Below are positions 12,792-26,600 of a stretch of 64,000 nt of DNA, one piece after another. Made by a program: the position numbers and the translations under genes. Positions within the stretch are counted from its first letter, which is position 1; each line of letters starts with the position of its first letter. The notes beneath the pieces are model-generated. The model did not search any database, was not told the DNA's origin, and worked only from the letters and a program-made list of their open reading frames with translations. Source of the DNA: Eledone cirrhosa (Eukaryota); NCBI GenBank assembly GCA_964016885.1, contig OZ024741.1:229772001-229836000 (forward strand), read 5' to 3'.

Positions 12792-12884
12792 CTCACACAT
12801 ACACACTTTTTTCACTACTCTATACACCCCCTTACGTCAGCAGCCAGCTTCAAGGCTTCTCCTTCAAACATACGAATACACCTT

Positions 12885-12917
<33 letters not shown>

Positions 12918-13021
12918 GCGCGCTCACACTCACACATACACACTTTTTTCACTACTCTATACACCCCCTTACGTCAGCAGCCAGCTTCAAGGCTTCTCCT
13001 TCAAACATACGAATACACCTT

Positions 13022-13060
<39 letters not shown>

Positions 13061-13215
13061 GCGCGCTCACACTCACACATACACACTTTTTTCACTACTC
13101 TATACACCCCCTTACGTCAGCAGCCAGCTTCAAGGCTTCTCCTTCAAACATACGAATACACCTTCACGCGCGCACACACACCCACACGCTCACACTCACA
13201 CCAACACACACACAC
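12390..13215 (+). repeat. Minisatellite, ~120-bp unit x ~7, with embedded (CA)n
   Basis: Repeated TTTCACTACTCTATACACCCCCTTACGTCAGCAGCC...; explains the two 290-309 aa pseudo-ORFs. Confidence 0.95.
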
Positions 13216-13377
13216 CAATACACGCTCACTATATATTAGTGATCTCCCTTCGTTAACCGCTCTTAAGCGAAGATACCACTCACCGGCCACTCTCCAAGAA
13301 TACGCACGCATGTGTCATTTTCTCCCCATTTTTCCCCTCATTTTCCCCGTTCCTTCCTCTCATCACTCTTTGCTTTC

Positions 13378-13417
13378 TATCTTCTGATGAAAGATTAGTG
13401 TCCGAAACGTTAAGATA
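13378..13417 (+). ncRNA. Minimal type I hammerhead (Penelope pseudo-LTR type)
   Basis: UAUCUU-CUGAUGA-aagauuagugucc-GAAA-CG-UU-AAGAUA; palindromic ACGU stem III (dimer type), weak stem II. Confidence 0.65.
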
Positions 13418-13623
13418 CTCTTCCTGCTATTTCAAGCGTTAAACTAATATATTTCTTCCATATACTGTGCCGTTTGTTTCGTTATTTTTATTATTTCCGT
13501 TTACCTTTTACACACACACACACACACTACAGTGCTATTCAACAGTACTATTTCGTAGCCCAAGTGACGCCAGCTGTTGATGCTCTGAAATGTGTGAGTG
13601 TAATTAAAGGAATTTAAATAACT

Positions 13624-13806
13624 AAAGTAACACTACTCGATATATGTGAGAGCGCAGTTAATATAAGTAGCAATAAAAATCTATTTTAAAGTGTTGGAAA
13701 TTGAATCGAAGCATTGACCAGGAAATGAAGGGGGAGGTGTTAACAGGTGTTTTTGAAGTAGGATCGATCTCATATTTACTGTACATACATGTGTGTGTAT
13801 GCCCGC

Positions 13807-13863
<57 letters not shown>

Positions 13864-13978
13864 GCGAGGAAACGTCTCCACTTAAGTCCGGACTGAATTT
13901 CTCTGCGTGGATGTGCACATCCACGCAGAGAAATTCAGTCCGGACTTAAGTGGAGACGTTTCCTCGCGACACACACAC

Positions 13979-14010
<32 letters not shown>

Positions 14011-14192
14011 GCGGGCATACACACACATGTATGTACAGTAAATATGAGATCGATCCTACTTCAAAAACACCTGTTAACACCTCCTCCTTCATTTCCTGGT
14101 CAATGCTTCGATTCAATTTCCAACACTTTAAAATAGATTTTTATTGCTACTTATATTAACTGCGCTCTCACATATATCGAGTAGTGTTACTT
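13624..14192. repeat. Spacer-less palindrome (~285-bp arms)
   Basis: Centre GGATGTG|CACATCC at 13915/13916; arms match out to AAAGTAACAC / GTGTTACTTT. Confidence 0.95.
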
Positions 14193-14361
14193 TTACGTCC
14201 AGCCCAAAAATACAGAGTTTCTCACACACAATTATAGCACGTCCACATAGTACCGTGTCCTGACAAAAGAGAGCGCGAAAGGCCCGCAAGCTCTGACATC
14301 ACGTCATGGCCCCTCGTTTCCGGCAAGGCCTCCCCTGCTCTTCCGACACTCTAGCAACACC

Positions 14362-15190
14362 ACATGATTTATTGATTTATTGATATTTTATCTGAGTGAC
14401 CCGAATCTTCCTGATCGTAATTTTTCGGTCGTATGGTTGATTTTAGACATAATCTATGTGTGTTGGTATTTTAACGATAGTTATAGCTCTGATTTCTCTG
14501 AATTATTGAGCCCTCTGCCACTCATGTCGAATTTTGTTTATCGTGAACTCGTGTGCCGATTTTTCGATACTCGATTATTCTACTATATTTAGCTCTAGAC
14601 TTAGCTATTGACCAGTTAATTTTATTGTTCATATTTTGTCGATTCTATTAAATGATGAATAGCTCCTGTTTATTTTAACATGTCTATTGAGCACTCTTAT
14701 TCGATATGTGATTTTCCACATTCCCGAATATTTTTCGCGGATATAGAGGTTATCTCCCTTGCTGGATTCCATGTGCGTTTTCAGCTAGGGTTGGCTTTTT
14801 TATTCGTCTGGACAAAGCTCGTTGATAATGTATTTCCTGTCCGCCGCTCTCTAGAAGTCTTATATATTTTTATGTGGGCTGATAGTGGGCTGTTTAAGGA
14901 TTTACAGAAACCCAAGAAGCTAGATTTACCATCTTTCTAGTGGGTCCGGGTAAGCTTTTTACATTCACATGATTTATTGATTTATTGATATTTTATCTGA
15001 GTGACCCGAATCTTCCTGATCGTAATTTTTCGGTCGTATGGTTGATTTTAGACATAATCTATGTGTGTTGGTATTTTAACGATAGTTATAGCTCTGATTT
15101 CTCTGAATTATTGAGCCCTCTGCCACTCATGTCGAATTTTGTTTATCGTGAACTCGTGCGCCGATTTTTCGATACTCGATTATTCTACTA
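14362..15190 (+). repeat. Direct repeat, 605-bp period (~1.4 units)
   Basis: 14362-14588 is repeated at 14967-15190. Confidence 0.9.
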
Positions 15191-15195
15191 TATAT

Positions 15196-15295
<100 letters not shown>

Positions 15296-15414
15296 AAATA
15301 TGATTCCAGTTCCTCAGTGAAATAACAACCCAACCAGGAACTGGGCATATCAGAGTATTGACAAAATTATACACCTCAACAACATATGTACTTGTCTATA
15401 CCACACTAATTCGG

Positions 15415-15469
15415 ACTGCCTGAAGAGGTCACAGCCAAAGATGGCTGTCACCGAAATATATATAGCAGT
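15415..15469 (+). ncRNA. Type I hammerhead ribozyme
   Basis: ACUGC-CUGAAGA-[GGUcACAGCCA aaga UGGCUGUcACC]-GAAA-UAUAUA-UA-GCAGU; all three stems pair. Confidence 0.85.
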
Positions 15470-15616
15470 AATAAACGAAGCTAAATTTTAAACATTTGAC
15501 TTTTTATTTTACTTTATTTTACATTACTCCGGAGTAACCAAACCAACCTGCGCACTTCGTTGAGTGTTCCAGCCTGCATACTGAGGTGTTGGTATACAAC
15601 CAACATATACTCAAAA

Positions 15617-15648
<32 letters not shown>

Positions 15649-15849
15649 AAATTAAATTAAGGGTTGTCATGTCTGAGAGACATGCGCCATATCCCCACTG
15701 TAGAATAATTACTAAACTAGAACTTCAAATATAGATACCTTTTAAAATTTATTTTAAGGGTCATGACGTGATATCAGAGTTCGCGGGCCTTTCGCGCTCT
15801 CTTTTGTCAGGACACGGTACTATGTGGACGTGCTATAAATATTTCTAGT

Positions 15850-15915
<66 letters not shown>

Positions 15916-17521
15916 CCAAAATTAAAATTAAGGGTTGCAATGTCTGAGAGACATACGCCATATCCACTGTAGAATAAGCTCAAAGATTAGATCCGAGCAT
16001 TACATTTTAAAGGGTATCTATATTTGAAATTCTAGTTAAACTCTAATTAATTACCTACCTAGCTATGTGTGCTTACATTCTTTACAAATTATTCCCTGTG
16101 ATTGTTTCATATGTTTATTTTATATCTAATTTGTGAAATGCGCGGTGGTTGAAATTCAGATGCGCACGGTTAAATGGTAGTAGACGTGGTCGGACGGACA
16201 TGAAAATTTACACACCTATGTAAAAAGTGCCAAGGAAGCAAACAGACGAGGTTTCAAATCTCTAACTTGAAAAATGTGGTCCCTGGGGCCCCAAAACTAT
16301 CGCGTTCGGTGAGTTATTTCCCCCCGTTCTAATACTTTTGTCTTATTTACAATTTCATACAAATGTTTAAACTCATCAACGTTCTTTCGCTGTTAACATA
16401 CAGTACCAATAATTTGAAAATTTTTATTGAAAGTTTATTATAAAGAAGCAGTATCAGGAAAAAAAATGGAAATATGCACTTGGGACTGGACAGTGTACAA
16501 TGAGAGGTGGAGCGACGTGAAAAAGCGTTGTTTATTAACAGCGAAATAGCAATGTCGATGATATGCAAGTTTGAAAATGCAGATTAATAAACTGTTGCCT
16601 TCTACAGTACGTTTCATTTTCATTTTTCAATTAGAGTTGCTGTATATTAAATTTAAATACTTCTATAACGATCATACAGTAGCGTAAATAAAACCTTTAC
16701 ATTGCGAACCCCATGTTCTAATACTGGGGTTAGTTATTTCCCCCTCTTATAATAAATATCTAATATATAGAGGCCCCTCTTTCTGACCAGGGCAATCATC
16801 ATAAACTATTATACAGTACCGTTTTATGAAATCAATTCTGCAGTACCATTTTACGAAATGCCAAACCGAAAACAGTCACTGTTTTCCATCAAAAGAAATA
16901 AAACCCTTAAATTGCGAAGAAGGGAGTCATGTTCTCAAGTACGTTTTTTCAGATATCATTTGCATTTTATTTCTAATACATGTTAACAGTAAGTAGTATT
17001 TTTCAATTCATTGTCTTATTTAAAATAACATATCAAAGACAACGTTATTTCGCTGTTAATAAACTTTTGGCGACTACAAGCTTCCATGGTTACGGAGAAA
17101 ATCGATGAAACAGGAATTTCCCATTCAAATTGAACTAAGAGTAATCTGTGAACGCAGAAGTAAATATTTCGAGAAACGTTGCAACCGAACGAAAACAGGA
17201 AGACAATATTTTGGTTCGTGAAGACGTTCCCTGGCAATGAACGGGAAAAAAGCGAGGATAATACGTCGTTATGTGGAACGAAAGAACAATTTCATGCAAA
17301 GACAAGACCAAGTTTATGGTATAAATGGAGTCGTTAGACTAATATTCTATTTAAATTAACAGAATGATTTCCAGACCCGGAGTTTAAGAATGATGTAAAT
17401 AAAATTGAAAAATGAAAATGACAGAGGTTATTAAAATAGAGGTTATTAAAGTAAATAGTGAAGATTTAGGCCAGTACATACGTATGCCCCGACGGACATA
17501 CACATACATACGCACACACAA

Positions 17522-17617
<96 letters not shown>

Positions 17618-17619
17618 AC

Positions 17620-18068
17620 GCACACGCGTATGTATAAACCTTATGCATTTGTACAGTATTTTCACCAAACTTAAGACATAGGTTACTTATGTACTCCGGA
17701 TGGTCATGGGCACTGTCATTTTTCCAGATATTGATTATAGGGCCTCCGGCAGATAACCCCTTTAACCACTTTAACCACTTCCTTGGAGTTGACTGAAGCA
17801 CTGCAGTGCAATGCAACAAAACGTCATAACTTCTGGAGTTCGCAACCGATTTTCACAAAACTTGAGACATGGGCTACGTTTGTCCTACAGATGAATGTGA
17901 ACTCTCAGAATTGGCACATATTGTGTAGGGGACCCCTGGGGGCAGGAACCCCCTTTTGGAAAAAGCCGATGATTTTGTAAAAGTTTTCGAAGCAGCACTG
18001 AAGTATTGACATAAATGGTATACACAACTGCTATTTAATATCCGATCAACGCCGGGTACCTCTGCTAG
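17620..18068 (+). mobile_element. Non-autonomous Helitron-like element, 3' part
   Basis: Ends CCGATCAACGCCGGGTACCTCTGCTAG|T, similar to the autonomous Helitron end (CCGGGCTCCTCTGCTAG) at 9774-9790; left boundary uncertain. Confidence 0.6.
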
Positions 18069-18654
18069 TATATATATATATATGTCAATCTATTTCTAGT
18101 TGATATGTAATGATCGGATCTAATATTTGAGCTTATTCTACAGTGGATATGGCGCATGTCTCTCAGACATGACAACCCTTAATTTTAATTTTGGATATAT
18201 ATACGGCCCCTTGATTGTTGAGCTAATTCAGTTGAATAGGCTCGACTACTATTTCTGGCTGTCGATGGTCCTATTCACGCCACTGGGATGACGTTGTGCA
18301 ATGTGTGTATTTAAAAAAAAATGCAACACGTGGTTCGAGTCATTCACAGATTTGCATTTGCTTTGTAAACGCAGATGGTTATCTTCTTCTCCTTTGGTGA
18401 ACATCCAAGAATTTAACTGCTGTGATTTACGGATTAATAGGTGAAATATATATCTTACTTAAAGAAATATATACAAAGGAGATTAATCATTTTAAAATGT
18501 ATCTATATTTGAAGTACTAGTTAAACTTTAATTAGTTACCAACCTAGCTATGTGTGCTTACATTCTTTACAAATTATTCCCTGTGATTGTTTCATATGTT
18601 TATTTTATATATATATATGTCAATCTATTTCTAGTTGATATATATATATATATG

Positions 18655-20212
18655 CAAAAGTTTTATTTAAAATTGTTGGGCTACAACAAGTAAATATTTT
18701 ATAACTGATATAAAGCACTCAACAAGTTTTGGAGTAGATATACGATATTAAACAAATGGAAACTATATTTATAAAACCATATTTATTTCATTATACATAT
18801 TTCAGGGATACCATATTAAAAATATGGCATGCCTTCTTCAGATAAAATACAATATATAAGCAGTTTTATAAATAAATTTGAGGTACCATAAATATTGATC
18901 AACTTTTATGTAAGAAGTTGGTTTGGTAGTGAGATGTTTATAAATATTTAGTGTTAAGCACAGTTAGAAAGAAAGACGGAGAAAAAGAAGAAATGTATGT
19001 AAAGAAAAACAGAGAGAGATAGAGAGAGATAGGGGAGAGAGAAATGGTGAGGAGGTGAAAAATGAGAGGCAGCTGAGGCAACAGATGAATAATAATAATT
19101 CATCATACAAATTGAGAGATTTAGGAGGGAAGGAGTACTGTAATTATTTAGTTATAGTGTTAAGGAGACGGAGAGAAATAAAAAATAAATAAAGAGAAAA
19201 CAGAGAGGTAGAGAAAGATAAAGGTGGGGGGAAAAGAGGTAGACCAAATAATAATAATTATATATGGGGAGGTGAGAGAAATAGGAGAGAAGTAAGAGAG
19301 AAAACAAGAGAGAAGCTCGAGAGGCAAAGTTAAAATAACCGATACTTAAATTTCATCATGTATAAAGAGGGAGGAGAAGAAAGAGCTATATCTAGAGAGA
19401 AGGATAATAGATTTACAACTTTACGTTATGTCCTATCAATTTGAATTATCAATTCATATGAATTGGGTATTATAATGTAAATATCAATATTCATGAATGA
19501 GACATAGATATATAATGTGTGAAAAATAATGACCATATGTTTAGTTTAAAAATTCTTAGGTCGATGTACCAAAAACTGAGATAAAACCTCAAAAAATACG
19601 GAAATACATAAGTATATATGTACTTTCCGGAAAAGGAAAGAAAGAGAAAAAGAGAAGGTCATCTCAAGTTCTAGTTGACACTATAGACATACCCGTGATC
19701 TTACGTGATCAACTCTGTAATTTCTTATTTCACAGGAAAAAAAATTTTCCCTTGTGTTATAAAAGATTTTACTATATATATATATATACATACATATATA
19801 TACATAAAAATATATATTAATATTAATATTCCTGCCCTCACATACATGATTATCGTTCATGTATAGAATATTATGCATATCTGGAACATATCCAGAACTA
19901 TATCCACACATACATATATATATATATGCGTGCGCACATATATGTACATGGACAGATAAAATAAACAGATAAAATAGAATAGATAAAATAGATAAAATAG
20001 AACACTAAATATTTATAAACATCTCACTACCAAACCAACTTCTTACATAAAAGTTGATCAATATTTATGGTACGTCAAATTTATTTATAAAACTGCTTAT
20101 ATATTGTATTTTATCTGAAGAAGGCATGCCATATTTTTAATATGGTATCCCTGAAATATGTATAATGAAATAAATATGGTTTTATAAATATAGTTTCCAT
20201 TTGTTTAATATC

Positions 20213-20215
<3 letters not shown>
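18655..20215. mobile_element. Pseudo-LTR family A insertion with inverted duplication
   Basis: 18738-18955 is inverted at 19999-20215; homologous to 11950-12230 and 37676-38700. Confidence 0.8.
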
Positions 20216-20280
<65 letters not shown>

Positions 20281-20287
<7 letters not shown>

Positions 20288-21135
20288 TAAAGCTGAGTGT
20301 CGTGTGTATTATGTATGTATCCTACACACCTCCCTATAGTTTCTTAGCTTTACTCTCTCTGTCGCTCTTCCCTCTCTCTATAATAGATTATTCCCCCTCT
20401 CTATAATTTAACTGCTTTACTCTCTCTGTTGGTCTTCAATCTCAAATATTATAAAGCTGAGCGTCGTCTCTCTCTCTCTCCCTCTTTCACCCTCTCTATA
20501 ATTTAACTGCTTTACCCTCTGTCTCTCTTCACTCTCTATATGACAACACTCTTTTACTTTCTGTAGAGATGAGCGTCGTATGTAAATTCGGCTCTCTATA
20601 TTACCCCTCTCTATAATTTAACTGCTTTACTCTCTCTGTCGCTCTTCACTCTCTAATACTATAAAGCTGAGCGTCGTCTCTCTCTATCTCTCTCTCTCTC
20701 TTTCACGCTCTCTATAATGTAACTGCTTTCCTCCCTGTCTCTCTTCACTCTCAATATGACAGCAGGTAATACATACATCAAAAGGCAACCCTGACAAATA
20801 AATTAATGTATGTATCCCACACACTTTTTCTGTCGTCGCTCGCATAACACACACACACACACACACACACAAATACACATACTTTCACACCTGATTTCAC
20901 CAATTGCCGGATAACATCAAAACAAAACACAGACACACACATGCACATACACACATACACAAACACACACATACACACATACACAAACACACACACACAT
21001 ATCTATACTTTATATGTATGTAAGATCATTTCCCCCTCTCTATAATTTAACTGCTTTACTCTCTCTGTCGCTCTTCACTCTCTATATGACAACACTGTTT
21101 TAGTTTCCGTATCTCCCTTCAATATATACATACAC

Positions 21136-21170
<35 letters not shown>

Positions 21171-21401
21171 AAGATTAGGAAACTACACACACACATCTAA
21201 TGAGAGAGACAGAAAAACAGAGGGAGGGGGAAAAGAAAGAGATAGGCCGTTAGACAGAGAGAGATACAATTAAAGTGTTAGTTATTCAGAGAGAGAGAGA
21301 GTCGGAAGGACAATGTGACACGGGAAGGTGTGTGGTATCTTTGCAGTGGAGTGGTGGGGGAAAGGTATACCTAGCCGAGCGCCAGCCGGACGGGCCAGTA
21401 G
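20281..21401 (+). mobile_element. Probable non-autonomous Helitron with internal subrepeats
   Basis: Repeated TATAAAGCTGAG.GTCGT 5'-type motifs (20286, 20449, 20660); 3' GC-rich segment GCCGAGCGCCAGCCGGACGGGC followed by CAGTAG-T. Confidence 0.45.
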
Positions 21402-21778
21402 TATTAGATAAAGTTAAGGTTAATAAATTGAGATTAAAAAATTAATAAATAATAATATTAAAAAATTAAATAATAAAAAAAACTAGAGTCTAATCTCAAT
21501 TTATTATTCTTTTAATTTTATAACTTCCCACTCTCAGATTCCTCCAGAATTCTTTTTTCGTCTGCTTTATAGCTAGCCTAATTTCATACACATTCCTTAG
21601 AATTTGCTGTATAGAATTCACTTTCAACGCTTGACCGGCTGCACCAACTCCCTCATTGTTGTACAGGCAAGTTCAGTCACCCCCATATCCCACCCACCGC
21701 CATGAAAGATTTAATTGTGTTTACAAGAAATTCTGACCAACCCTTCTGACAACTACAATCTTCCCATATAAGTAATTA

Positions 21779-21871
21779 CCCCTTGAAAAGTTCGGCTATT
21801 TATTACCACGCTAAAAATTCTAATTTAGTCCAGAAATAGCCGTCGAAACGTCTTGAGCTCTGCCGTCGGGA
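21779..21871 (+). ncRNA. Type I hammerhead with U3-A8 core and extended stem II (slightly decayed)
   Basis: CCCC-UUGAAAA-[guuCGGCUAUUU...AAAUAGCCGuc]-GAAA-cgucuugagcucugccg-UC-GGGA; the sister copy at ~10565-10590 has stem III arms CGGCU/AGCCG and GGGG. Confidence 0.65.
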
Positions 21872-21966
21872 TCTTGAACATTTTTCCTATTACCCACTCT
21901 ACTACCCTAAGTATTGAGTAGTCTGGTGCGTTATGTCCGTCTGGTTCCTCACCACACTTCCTTCAT

Positions 21967-22000
<34 letters not shown>

Positions 22001-22448
22001 GTTCAAGAGTAAACCAATCTTAAAGGGAGAGATGGATATAGGCGAGAAGAGAGATTGGTGAATTTGTTAGAAGCCAAAAGCGTAAAGGCATGTGCTCAAT
22101 GTGCAATAAACAGTGGAAGGCAGCTAGATGGCTGGGTTCATGCAGAGATTAGATGCACAGAGCTGGAAATATTCATTAGTTAAGCAAAGACAAGACCACA
22201 AATTTCACAAGGAAGACGTTATTTATATATATTTATTTGGTTCATTTACTGGTTTCGCAGTTCTTCTGCTTTTCAAAAGTAGAGTTGAGATGGAGGGTCT
22301 GTGGTTATATATATATATATTCATTAGTTAAGCAAAGACAAGACCACAAATTTCACAAGGAAGACGTTATTTAATGAAAGTCAACATAGTTTCAGTATAT
22401 GTGAGGAATAAGGAGTGTAATTATAATTTAATGTAAGGAATAATAATA

Positions 22449-22510
<62 letters not shown>

Positions 22511-22511
<1 letters not shown>

Positions 22512-22635
22512 CTTGGAACGGCAAGAACCCTCCGATACGTCCTGAATATCTGAGGCTGCAGGTAGTGGCTTGATATTCAATCCAACGGACTTTCCAGTTA
22601 ACCAACATCAATGACTGAGATTCAAGGAATAACAA
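22511..22635 (+). mobile_element. Severely 5'-truncated copy of the R4/Dong-type element, inside (TAA)n
   Basis: Nearly identical to 27118-27240; flanked on both sides by (TAA)n. Confidence 0.9.
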
Positions 22636-22639
22636 TAAC

Positions 22640-22688
<49 letters not shown>

Positions 22689-23639
22689 GGGAATAATAAT
22701 AGGGAATAATAATAAATATAATAGGGAAGAAGACGCACGAGGTGACGGAGGTCATGAAATCGCTCCCGTAAGTTTTGAATTTTTAACATATTTAAATCAT
22801 TTGTGAAATAACAACTCTTAGTACAAATGCTACGTAAAGCACCCGGCTTGAGCCCCAAAAAATTCGGACCCAAAATATATTGTTATAAGGCTCAAATATT
22901 CAATTATTCAACTTTGTATTGTACACTGTATATCCAAAAAAGAAAATGGCTATAAATGGAAGAAGACCCCCCCCCCCTTTCCTCTCCTCCGTCTACACTA
23001 TATAGAACAGCCAAACTCACCAACACCAGAAACTAGATACACCACCCACCCCATCACCTGTGTACACTAAACACAACAGCCAGATAACGGCATTTTCACC
23101 ACCACCGCTCACTACGGCCATCATTACCACCATTATCCCATCACCGCCGCCACCACCCCTTCACTCCTTCACTGCTACCACCGCTACAGCACCATCACTA
23201 CAGTAATACGGTCACATCACCGCCACCACTGCCTCGGTATCGACATCACCACCACCACTGTCTCAGTATCGCTACCACCGCCAGTCTCCCACTTCTACCA
23301 GCTGGCTGCTGCCACCACATTATAGAATCCCTACTGCTAAAAAAGAGGAAGGCATCAAAATATATAGATAGACTCAAAAGAAAAAAGAAAAAACAAACAA
23401 CAAAACCAAAGCAGCACAGCAACAACAGCAAAAAACGAGAAAAACAAAAACAAAAAACCCCCCAAAAAAACGTAAAGAAAATAAGAATGAAGAGAGAAGC
23501 AGGCGGACGGACAGAGAAGAGGGGGGGACTAAAACTTAAAAAACAAAAACTAAGTCAGACATTCGAACACTACATTACAATGAAACTTATGCTTATTCAT
23601 TTTTGGGGCCCTTTCTGCCTGTGTGTTTGTTTGTTTATG

Positions 23640-26600
23640 TGTGTTCGTATACAGCGTGGTGATAATGCCACACAAGGGCCAAGTGGAATGGCGGATCCAC
23701 AGATGGCTATGTAACCATACATTCGCCAATCCTCGATAAGAGTGTTTAAATATCGAACATAAACAGTTCGAATAACGGTGAAATGGAGACTAGAACGTCA
23801 TGTGACAGACTCTCACCCAACAGGTGCCCCCTGGCTCAGCAGCAGGAACCTGACTGTCAACCAAATACTGCTGATGTTGGAGGAAGGAGAAGAAGGAAAG
23901 GGGCCAGAACCAACTGGACGAAAGAATTGAATAGAACTGTTATGCAATGTTACCTGAAAAGTAACCCCAAGGAGAGGGGCTACAGGAGACGGATGCATAA
24001 CATCTGGAACGAGATTGGTTTATTTAAATTAGATGAACAAAAATTGGCCGGGCAGGCTCGGGTAATAAGAACTAATGGGTGGATAAGCGAGCTGGAACTG
24101 GAGGAACTGAGCAGAGAGAATAGCTTGGAGATGGCGGGTGTAGTATGCCAGACAAGCGAGCCAGTGGGAAATGAAGGTGAAGAGGTCCTGAGAACGGAGG
24201 AACCACCCGAAGCAGACAATGATCTGAATACTGAGATAAATAATACCTGGAACAGAGATACGGCCACTGAGGAGATGAATGCTGACGGGCTAGGACAAGA
24301 TTCGGTTGACATCCTAAATTTAGTGGTAGATGAATTGAACAATGATAGTGGGAGACCTATGAACCTAAGATTTGTAGACAGGAAAAAGTTAAAAGAAACA
24401 ACAGCTAAGGTAAACAAAGTCATCCCATACCTTGAGGCGAGGAGCCTTCACCAGTGCAACAATATCCTCAAAGCAACCGCAAATACGGTGAGGAAACTAC
24501 TTGGTATAAAAGCGAGAGGAAACAACAGACAAGAAAGAGCAGAGCCGTGGTGGAAGAAGCGACTGAGTGGGCAAATCGGGGAAATGAGAAATGACATAGG
24601 AAAGCTTGAGTCACTACTGAATGGGACACTAAAAAACATAGGCACTAAAAATAGACTGGAAATAAAATACAAAACTAGGAGGAAAAAGCTAAATATTATC
24701 ATAGAGGAACTGAAGCAACGCATTGTAGCAAAGAGTGCAAAAATCAGGCGATACGAGAACAGAGTCAGTCAGTATAAACAGAACCGCATGTTCGACAACA
24801 ACCAGAAGATGCTGTTTGGACAGCTTGAGGGGAAAGAAAGAGGCAACGACTTGATCCCTGGGGCGGAGCAAACTAAAACATTCTGGAGAGGAATATGGGA
24901 GCAGGATGTTAGACATAATGTCCAGGCAGGGTGGATTGAGACAGTACAGAGGGAGATCGGTGAGCAGGCACAACAACAAACTGATTTGAGTATCACAGTT
25001 GAAACTCTTAAGGGGCAGGCCAAAAAACTAACCAACTGGAAATCACCAGGCCCAGATGGTGTGCAGGGGTATTGGATTAAACATTTAACATCCCTCCACC
25101 CGAAGCTGACGGCCATGTTCAATGACTGCTTGGTGTCGGGTGAGGTGCCAGAGTGGTTGACAAAAGGTACCACAGTTCTGATAATGAAAGACCGAATCAA
25201 GGGTAATGATGTTACCAACTATAGACCTATCACATGTCTGTCCGTAATGTGGAAACTGTTGACGAGCATTGTGTCTGAGGAAATCTACCATCACCTCCAC
25301 ACAAACAACTTGTTACCGGACGAACAGAAAGGATGCCGAAAGAAGTCACGTGGTACAAAGGACCAGTTACTTATTGATAAGATGGTAATGGGGAATTGCA
25401 GGAGGAGACACACTGATCTTGCCATGGGATGGATAGACTACAGAAAGGCATTTGACATGGTGCCTCATTCTTGGATCACCAAAAGCCTGGAGATCTTCAG
25501 GGTGGCAGATAACATCAGACAGTTGCTGGGCAGGAGTATGGGGTCATGGGAGACAGAGTTGACATCAACTGGAGTATCCTTGGGAAGCGTGAAGATCAAG
25601 AGAGGTATCTTTCAGGGAGATAGCCTGTCCCCTCTGTTGTTTGTCCTTGCCCTTATGCTGCGAAAAGTGAGAGCAGGATACAAGTTGGGAAGGGGAGAGC
25701 TTACCATCAATCACCTCCTCTTCATGGACGATCTTAAGCTCTTCGGGAAAAGTGAGAAGGAGTTGGATGTGCTTGTTGACACTGTCCGTATTTTCAGCAG
25801 TGATATATGTATGCAGTTTGGTATTGGTAAGTGTGGAGTCATTGTGATGAGGAGGGGTAGGTTGAGCAGAAGTAACGGGATCCAGATACCAACAGGTGAG
25901 ATGATAAAGGAAATTGACTCCGAGGAAGGATACAAGTATTTGGGCGTTCTGGAGGCTGATGGCATAAAGAACAAAAAAATGAAGGAATTGTTAAGAACTG
26001 AATACATTCGGAGAGTAAGGAGCGTATTGAAGTCACATCTGAACAGCAGAAATGCCATAAGCGCAGTAAATTCCCGAGCTGTGTCTATTATTAGGTACAG
26101 TGCGGGAATTCTGAGATGGAATGTTGCTGAACAAAAAGAAATGGATAGGAAGACTAGGAAGCTATTGACTATCTACAACATGTTCCACAAGAGGAGTGAT
26201 GTCGATAGACTCTACCTAAGGAGATCTGAGGGTGGAAGAGGTCTTATCAGCATAGAGGACTGTGTTCAGATGGAGAAAAACAACCTATACAAGTACGTGA
26301 CCTATAGTAAGGAGCCAATGCTCAGAACTGTACTGAAGGAGGGGACAGTAGGCCAGGGGATGTCCAAGGAGGAAATAACATCAAGGAGGAAGAGCAGCCT
26401 TAAGGGAAAATCCCTTCATAGTACCTTCTTTGAGAAAACTGAATTTAGAGATCCACAGACATGGAACTGGTTGAGAAGAGGAGACCTCAAAAAGGCTACA
26501 GAAGGAATGCTAATTGCTGCGCAGGAGCAGGCCCTCAAAACGAAGTGGTTGAAGCACCATATTTACAAGGAGGAGGCTAGCCCACTGTGCAGGATCTGTG

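Noticed and set aside
12327-13256. 309-aa and 290-aa repetitive ORFs; superficially CRISPR-like periodicity
   Set aside because: Minisatellite with identical units and no unique spacers; eukaryotic context and no cas genes
23645-23760. Possible HDV-like ribozyme in the R4 5' UTR (TCCTCG at ~23730)
   Set aside because: Could not build the P1/P3 pairings by eye; needs a descriptor search
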